Source: Archangium sp. (lineage in GTDB: Bacteria > Myxococcota > Myxococcia > Myxococcales > Myxococcaceae). Taken from it: DNA of 64,000 nt. The stretch lies in the NCBI GenBank assembly GCA_035645295.1, contig DASQMW010000075.1, positions 270-64,269 on the forward strand, in the 5' to 3' direction. The position numbers and the translations under genes are program-made. Under the pieces are notes generated by a model. That model searched no databases and was not told where the DNA came from. It worked only from the letters and a program-made list of their open reading frames with translations. Shown in pieces: positions 58,935 to 64,000 of this stretch (position 1 is the first letter of the stretch; the number at the start of each line of letters is the position of its first letter).

Positions 58935-59780
58935 TTACCCGGCCTTGTTCAGCAGCTTCTGCCGGCGCCGCCGGGCGCCCGCCACCAGCAGCGACTGGTA
59001 GAGCGTCGGCAGGGCTCGCTGCACCAGGTCGATCAGCACCGCGTCGGCGCCGATGAGCTGGCGCCGGCGATTCTTGAGAATGGCCTGGAGGATGTCCTGC
59101 GCCGCCTGCTCCGGCGTGGTGGAGAAGGCCTTCTCGAAGTCGCTGTTGGACTGCTCATCCACCCAGCCCTTCCTCATGGTGACGCGGGCGTTCCGGGCGA
59201 TGTTCGTCTTGATGCCGCCGGGGTGCACGCTCGTCACGCCAATGGGGAGCCCCTCGATCTCCAGCTCCTGGCGCAGTGCCTCGGTGAAGCCCTTCACGGC
59301 GAACTTGGCGGCGTTGTAGGCGCCCTGCGTGGGCACGCCGATCAGCCCGAAGACGCTGGAGATGTTGACGATGTGCCCATCTCCCGCGGCCTTGAGGTGC
59401 GGCAGGAAGGCCTTGGTGCCGTGCACCACGCCCCAGAAGTTGATGTTCATGAGCCACTCGAAGTCCTCGTAGCGTGTGTCTTCGATGGTGGAGCCCAGGG
59501 CCACGCCAGCGTTGTTGATGATGATGTTGACGCCGCCGAGTTCCCGCGCGGCCTGAGCCGCCCACGTCTCGACCTCCCCGCGATTGGCCACGTCCACCCG
59601 GGCGGCGAGCACCTTGACGCCGGACTGGCCGCACATGGCTTCCGTCTCCGCCAGGCCCTTCTCGTTCACATCCGAGATGGCGACATGGCAGCCTTTCCGC
59701 GCCAGCAGCTTCGCCGTCGCCCGGCCGATTCCCGAGCCCGCGCCGGTGATCGCCGCGACCTTGCCCTGTACTGTCTTCAT
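58935..59780 (-). CDS. Short-chain dehydrogenase/reductase
   Basis: TGAGSGIG, NNAG, NISS, YNAAK. Confidence 0.93.
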   Translation of the reverse strand: MKTVQGKVAAITGAGSGIGRATAKLLARKGCHVAISDVNEKGLAETEAMCGQSGVKVLAARVDVANRGEVETWAAQAARELGGVNIIINNAGVALGSTIEDTRYEDFEWLMNINFWGVVHGTKAFLPHLKAAGDGHIVNISSVFGLIGVPTQGAYNAAKFAVKGFTEALRQELEIEGLPIGVTSVHPGGIKTNIARNARVTMRKGWVDEQSNSDFEKAFSTTPEQAAQDILQAILKNRRRQLIGADAVLIDLVQRALPTLYQSLLVAGARRRRQKLLNKAG

Positions 59781-59816
59781 TCCTGACTCCGATGGGGTGG
59801 GGTGAGGGTCCCGTTG

Positions 59817-59834
59817 TGGTACGGTACGGTACCA
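59817..59834. promoter_or_regulatory. Putative TetR operator between divergent genes
   Basis: TGGTAC-GGTACG-GTACCA (palindromic ends, GGTAC x3). Confidence 0.55.
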
Positions 59835-59835
59835 G

Positions 59836-60462
59836 ATGCAAGTCCCCCCCGAGTCCAGCGAGCCGCGCCCTGGAAGTGCCGAGAACCCGAGCCGCGTCCG
59901 GCTGCTCGAAGGGCTGGCGGCATCCATTACCGAGAAGGGCTACACCGCCACCACCATCGCGGACATCGTCCGGCACGCCCGGGTGTCCAAGCGCACCTTC
60001 TACGAGCACTTCGAGGACAAGGAGGCGTGCTTCCTCGCCTCGTACATGGCCGCCAGCGAGGAGACGCTGCGGGCGATCGCCACCGCCTCCGCCGCCCCGG
60101 GCCTGCCGTGGAAGGAGCGGCTCCAGGCCGCGACGCGTGCGTACCTGGACGCGCTCGAGGCGAAGCCCGAGGTGACACGGACGTACCTGTTGGAGATCCA
60201 CGCCGCCGGCCCGCGCGCGCTGCAGCTGCGGCGCGAGGTGCACCAGCGCTTCGCCGAGCAGCTGCGCGGACTGGTGCGGACGGCTCGCGGGGAGCACCCG
60301 GAGCTGCGCGCTCTCTCTCCGGCGATGGCGACGGCGCTCGTCGGAGGCATCAACGAGCTGGTCCTCGTCGCGGTCGAGAAGGGCCGCGCGGGCCAGCTCC
60401 GGGAGCTGGCGGAGACGGCGGTGGAGCTGGTGCGCGCGGTGCTCGTGGCGCCGGAGAAGTAG
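59836..60462 (+). CDS. TetR-family regulator
   Basis: EKGY.ATTIADIV..A.VSKRTFYEHF.DKE. Confidence 0.93.
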   Translation: MQVPPESSEPRPGSAENPSRVRLLEGLAASITEKGYTATTIADIVRHARVSKRTFYEHFEDKEACFLASYMAASEETLRAIATASAAPGLPWKERLQAATRAYLDALEAKPEVTRTYLLEIHAAGPRALQLRREVHQRFAEQLRGLVRTARGEHPELRALSPAMATALVGGINELVLVAVEKGRAGQLRELAETAVELVRAVLVAPEK

Positions 60463-60482
60463 GGGACTTCGAATCCCCCGGC

Positions 60483-60734
60483 CTACTGCGCGGGGGCGTG
60501 ATCCGCGTTGTCCACGATGGAGCGGGCCCCGGAGGCATGGGCGCAGTGGGCAGAACAGTAGAAGGTGCCGTTGGCCTCGATGCCGTGGCCCAGCACCTTG
60601 CAGTCGCAGTGATCGCAGACCGGGGCCAGCTTGTGGATGGCGCACTCGAAGCTGTCGAAGGTGTGGGTGACGCCCGCGGTGATGACCTGGAAGGCCAGGT
60701 AGTACTCGTTGCCGCAAACCTCGCACTTGGCCAT
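60483..60734 (-). CDS. Small metal-binding (metallothionein/TRASH-like) protein
   Basis: CEVCGN...FDSFECAIH..AP.CDHC.C...GHG...YCSAHCA; AGGAGG RBS. Confidence 0.85.
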   Translation of the reverse strand: MAKCEVCGNEYYLAFQVITAGVTHTFDSFECAIHKLAPVCDHCDCKVLGHGIEANGTFYCSAHCAHASGARSIVDNADHAPAQ

Positions 60735-60934
60735 GGAAGCCTCCTGCGAGAAGAATGGGTCCTCGCATGCCCCGAGGCGAGCCACCTGCCCCCGGGTCCG
60801 AGCGGCTCGCGTCGGCCGCATCGCCAGGCCGCCCGGGGTGGCAGTGGGGGGACGAGCGGCTTACCCCCACCATCCTGGAGGAGGCTGGTGGAAGGTTCGC
60901 TTCACCTTGCTCCACTTGCCGTAGGGTCCATTTC

Positions 60935-61564
60935 ATGCGCGCACTCACTCTGTCCGTTGCCCTGTTCCTCAGCTCCGTGCTGCCCGGTTGCATCCGGCGC
61001 GTCGCCGTTGCACCTTCGGCCGAGGACGGGCCAGTCGCGGAACCGCCGCCGGGCATGGTCGCGGTGAGCGTCGTCTCGGAATATGAAGATCAGGTTTGGG
61101 ACGTTTATGCCGGCAAGGATCTGGTCTGCACCACGCCGTGCACGCAGTTGTTCAGCCCGCGGCAGCATCTGTTTTTGAAATCGCGGAATGGTGACAGGCT
61201 TTTCATCCCCGGTGTCGGCCGGGAAGCGCTGCGGGCGCGTCACGCCATTCTGGTGGCGGAGGGCACTTCGTATGCGAAACACGTGAATGGAATCGTCTTC
61301 ACCACGCTTGGAGGCATGGGTCTGGTCACTGCCACCACGCTCACCGCGGTCGGGTGCAGCGAGGTGCAGAAGCGCGGAGGAATGTGCACGGCTGGGCTGA
61401 TTACGGGCGGTGTCTCCGTCCCGCTCACTGCTTTTGCCCTGTGGATGCTGCTCGACTCTTCTCCGAAGGCGCACGTCCTCCCAGCATTCCAAACCAAGGC
61501 TCACCATGGACAGCCGTCCGTGACGCTCTCTCTTGCGCTCAACGGAATCGCCGGGACGTTCTGA
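60935..61564 (+). CDS. Hypothetical lipoprotein/membrane protein
   Basis: LPGC lipobox, CTTPC motif, two C-terminal hydrophobic segments. Confidence 0.7.
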   Translation: MRALTLSVALFLSSVLPGCIRRVAVAPSAEDGPVAEPPPGMVAVSVVSEYEDQVWDVYAGKDLVCTTPCTQLFSPRQHLFLKSRNGDRLFIPGVGREALRARHAILVAEGTSYAKHVNGIVFTTLGGMGLVTATTLTAVGCSEVQKRGGMCTAGLITGGVSVPLTAFALWMLLDSSPKAHVLPAFQTKAHHGQPSVTLSLALNGIAGTF

Positions 61565-61652
61565 CGAGAGGGGGCAGCTCTCGTTTGGGGATGCCTTCAA
61601 CTTCGGTGCCACGGCGTGACGAGCCCGTGTTGCCCGGCGGGCCACACGCCTC

Positions 61653-63191
61653 CTACGCGCCCTCCGCCGTGGGCGCGGAGGTGATGATGTGGCAGGCCTC
61701 GAGCTGCTCCAGGCCGGCGCTCAGTTGCGCGCTCACCTGCTCGGGGGGGAGGGCCTCTCCGACGATGGAGTGATACTGCTCCCCAATGGCACGCTGGCTC
61801 CGGCCGTCGCACAGCTCGGAAATGATCCAGGAGTGGAGGTTCAATAGCTGGACCCTGGGGGTCTCGGGGACGAAGGCCAGCAGGTACCCCGCGTCGGTGA
61901 TCGGCCGGGCCTGCAGCCGGGGATTCTTGCGGAGGCTGCGCGGCGCGGGTGGCGCTCCGCCCGCTGACACGGGGCGGACCTGCTCCGGAGCGGAGGCCAG
62001 GCCCTCGGTGCGCTCACGCTCGCGCAGGGCGCCCATGAAGGCGGTCGCCTCCGTTCCGAGCGGCTCGAGGCACTCCAGCAGCCAGCGGACGAACCTGCGC
62101 CCGTCCGGGGTGAGGAAGGGCGTCCACGCCGTGGCGAGCTGCTCGCCGAGGTAGCGGCAGCGGGCCATTCCCGTGGCGAACGGCCCCTTGCCGGAGACGT
62201 GGACCACCGACATGGCGTGGGCACTGACCGGATGCTGGCCGGGCGGGCCGTACTTCCCATGGACCCGATGCCCGTACTCCCGGACCGCGGCCTCGTAGAG
62301 GACGAAGTGGACGTAGACGTGGAAGGCCGAGAGCGCTCGCGCGACGGTGAAGTCGTTCTCCTGCTCCCTCCAGGGGAAATCGACGTCGGCGTTGCGGGCG
62401 ACGAGCGCGCTGAAGCGCGAGATGTCGGCGAACCGGGTGTGGAGCCCCTCGTGCAACAGGTGGCCGGCGGTGTCCCACGGATTGCGCAGCTCCTCCGGCG
62501 ACAGGAGGATCACCCCAGGCAGTCCATCCCCGGCCGAGCCCGTCAGCAGCCGTGCACCCCCCAGGCGCATGATCGCCAGCGCGATGCTGTGCGTGTGGCT
62601 GAGCACGGTCGTGGCGGTGTGGGGGAGCATGTCGGCGAAGACCGACAGGGCCTGATCGAGCGCGTGGACCATCTCCGGGTCCGGCGTGCACAGCGTCGCC
62701 TGCGCGTCGGTGCCCTCCATGAAGTACCCATCGAAGTTCTTCATGAGCCGCTGCACGAGCGGATGCGACGAGCGCTTCACGTCCCACAGGAAGATCTGCC
62801 GCTGGGGGCCCACCCGGAAGCTGGAGCCGATCTCGTGCTCGGTGAGGCCCAGCCGCCCGGTGGCCTTCAGGCTCTCCAACGCCCAGCCGCACAGCTCCTC
62901 CAGGGGATGCGGCGAGCGCAGCTCCCGCCGCTCCAGGCGCTCGAAGGCATCTTCCATCCAGAACTGCACCAGGGGATCGAAGAAGAGCTCCCCGCGCATC
63001 CCCTCCGGCCAACCCGGCACGAGCCGCAAGAGCTCCGCCACGGCGGGCAGGTGCGCGGCGAACAGCTCCAGCCCGAAGTGGTAGCGCTCCTCGACGATCT
63101 TCAGGATGGGCTGGGGATTGCCGAACTCCGGATCCTCCGCGAGGCGGCGATCCACGGACCTGATCAGGGACTCCCGTTGCGACTCTGCCAT
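61653..63191 (-). CDS. HExxH-domain (aKG-HExxH-type) RiPP tailoring enzyme with C-terminal PqqD/RRE
   Basis: PG.I.LS, LLHEGLH, PWR, AFHVYVH; tail LNLHSWIISELCDGRS...I...Y. Confidence 0.8.
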   Translation of the reverse strand: MAESQRESLIRSVDRRLAEDPEFGNPQPILKIVEERYHFGLELFAAHLPAVAELLRLVPGWPEGMRGELFFDPLVQFWMEDAFERLERRELRSPHPLEELCGWALESLKATGRLGLTEHEIGSSFRVGPQRQIFLWDVKRSSHPLVQRLMKNFDGYFMEGTDAQATLCTPDPEMVHALDQALSVFADMLPHTATTVLSHTHSIALAIMRLGGARLLTGSAGDGLPGVILLSPEELRNPWDTAGHLLHEGLHTRFADISRFSALVARNADVDFPWREQENDFTVARALSAFHVYVHFVLYEAAVREYGHRVHGKYGPPGQHPVSAHAMSVVHVSGKGPFATGMARCRYLGEQLATAWTPFLTPDGRRFVRWLLECLEPLGTEATAFMGALRERERTEGLASAPEQVRPVSAGGAPPAPRSLRKNPRLQARPITDAGYLLAFVPETPRVQLLNLHSWIISELCDGRSQRAIGEQYHSIVGEALPPEQVSAQLSAGLEQLEACHIITSAPTAEGA

Positions 63192-63217
63192 GGCTGCCGT
63201 CCTTCCCGCGTCTGGGT

Positions 63218-63526
63218 TCAACCCGCCAACGTCCCGGGGCTCACGGGGCGGATGATCTGGTGGGCGAGCAGGGCCCGCAGGCCTTCCTGGAGCTCGTGCT
63301 CCGCTTCCTGGCGGCCCGTGGTTTCCGCCACCGCCTCCGCGTACGCCTCCGTCAGCTCCGAGGCCGGTCGCTGGCGGCACAGCTCGAGGATGAGCCAGGC
63401 CTTGGTGTTGAACCATTGGATCCGTGGCTGCTCGGGCGAGAAGACCATCAGGTACCCGAGGTCCGGGAGCCCCCTGAGCTTCACCCCGGGGAGCAACTCA
63501 TAACCCGCGTTCGTGCTCTCGCTCAT
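63218..63526 (-). CDS. Stand-alone PqqD/RRE protein
   Basis: FNTKAWLILELC...EL...Y...L.EGL..L....II; ATGA overlap with upstream gene. Confidence 0.8.
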   Translation of the reverse strand: MSESTNAGYELLPGVKLRGLPDLGYLMVFSPEQPRIQWFNTKAWLILELCRQRPASELTEAYAEAVAETTGRQEAEHELQEGLRALLAHQIIRPVSPGTLAG

Positions 63527-64000
63527 ACCGCTGCCTCCATGTGCCGCGCCGGCTCCCGGAGGCCCGGCTCCACCTCGTCCAGACAGGCCGTCAGCCACTC
63601 GACCAGATTCCGGCCATCCGCGGTCAGGTGCTGACTCCACTCACCCTGCAGCTTCTCGCGCAGGAACTTCGCCCGATCCAGCGAGCGCCCGTAGTGGGCC
63701 GTCTGGTCATTGCGCGCCACGGACATCGCGTGGACCCGGGACTGATAGGCAAGGGGCCGGCCGTAGCGCTCGAAGATGCGCGGGTCCGCGTGCTCCACGG
63801 CGGACTTGAACAGCAGCATGTGCGCGTAGACATGGAACGAGAACAGCGCCCGGACGAGGCTGAACCGGACCGCGCGCCAGGGAATGACCACCGTGAGCTC
63901 GCGCTGCTGGATGAGCGCCTGGGTGCGGACCACGTCGAAGAGCTTGAGATGCAGGCCCTCGTGGAGCAGGTGCCCGGCGACATCCCAGGGGTTGGGCAAC
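63523..64000 (-). CDS. Second HExxH-domain protein (C-terminal part only)
   Basis: NPWDVAGHLLHEGLH, PWR, SFHVYAH; runs off the window. Confidence 0.8.
   Translation of the reverse strand, partial: LPNPWDVAGHLLHEGLHLKLFDVVRTQALIQQRELTVVIPWRAVRFSLVRALFSFHVYAHMLLFKSAVEHADPRIFERYGRPLAYQSRVHAMSVARNDQTAHYGRSLDRAKFLREKLQGEWSQHLTADGRNLVEWLTACLDEVEPGLREPARHMEAAV

Noticed and set aside
62-63503. Many long ORF-track entries overlapping real genes (e.g. 1148-3667, 14444-17131, 38681-42271, 49131-51227)
   Set aside because: Shadow ORFs typical of high-GC DNA; they lack motifs and lie antisense or off-frame to well-supported genes.

Overview
GC-rich (about 70% by eye) myxobacterial chromosome segment, Archangium/Cystobacter-like by its DUF2378 genes, PDAG-linker lipoproteins and kinase-AAA-TPR protein. 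It holds about 50 genes and no rRNA, tRNA, CRISPR array or intact mobile element that I could see. The most striking locus is 16361-25490: three translationally coupled ClpA-like AAA+ paralogs with degenerate D1 sites and no D2 GYVG pore loop. Two of them end in what looks like a class-I peptide release factor (RF2-like domains 1, 2 and 4) lacking the GGQ domain, suggesting a ribosome-directed hetero-oligomeric unfoldase. Other highlights are the edge of an HExxH/RRE RiPP cluster (61653-64000), a 48-aa secreted four-Cys peptide missing from the ORF track (43163-43309), a lipoprotein with three CTHRC1-like domains (45928-48099), a Macro-NDT fusion (3594-4589), a GMC/P450 lipid cluster, a collapsed WYL regulator remnant and a truncated, frameshifted amt fused to a terminator. 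All family assignments are by eye from remembered motifs; no searches were run.
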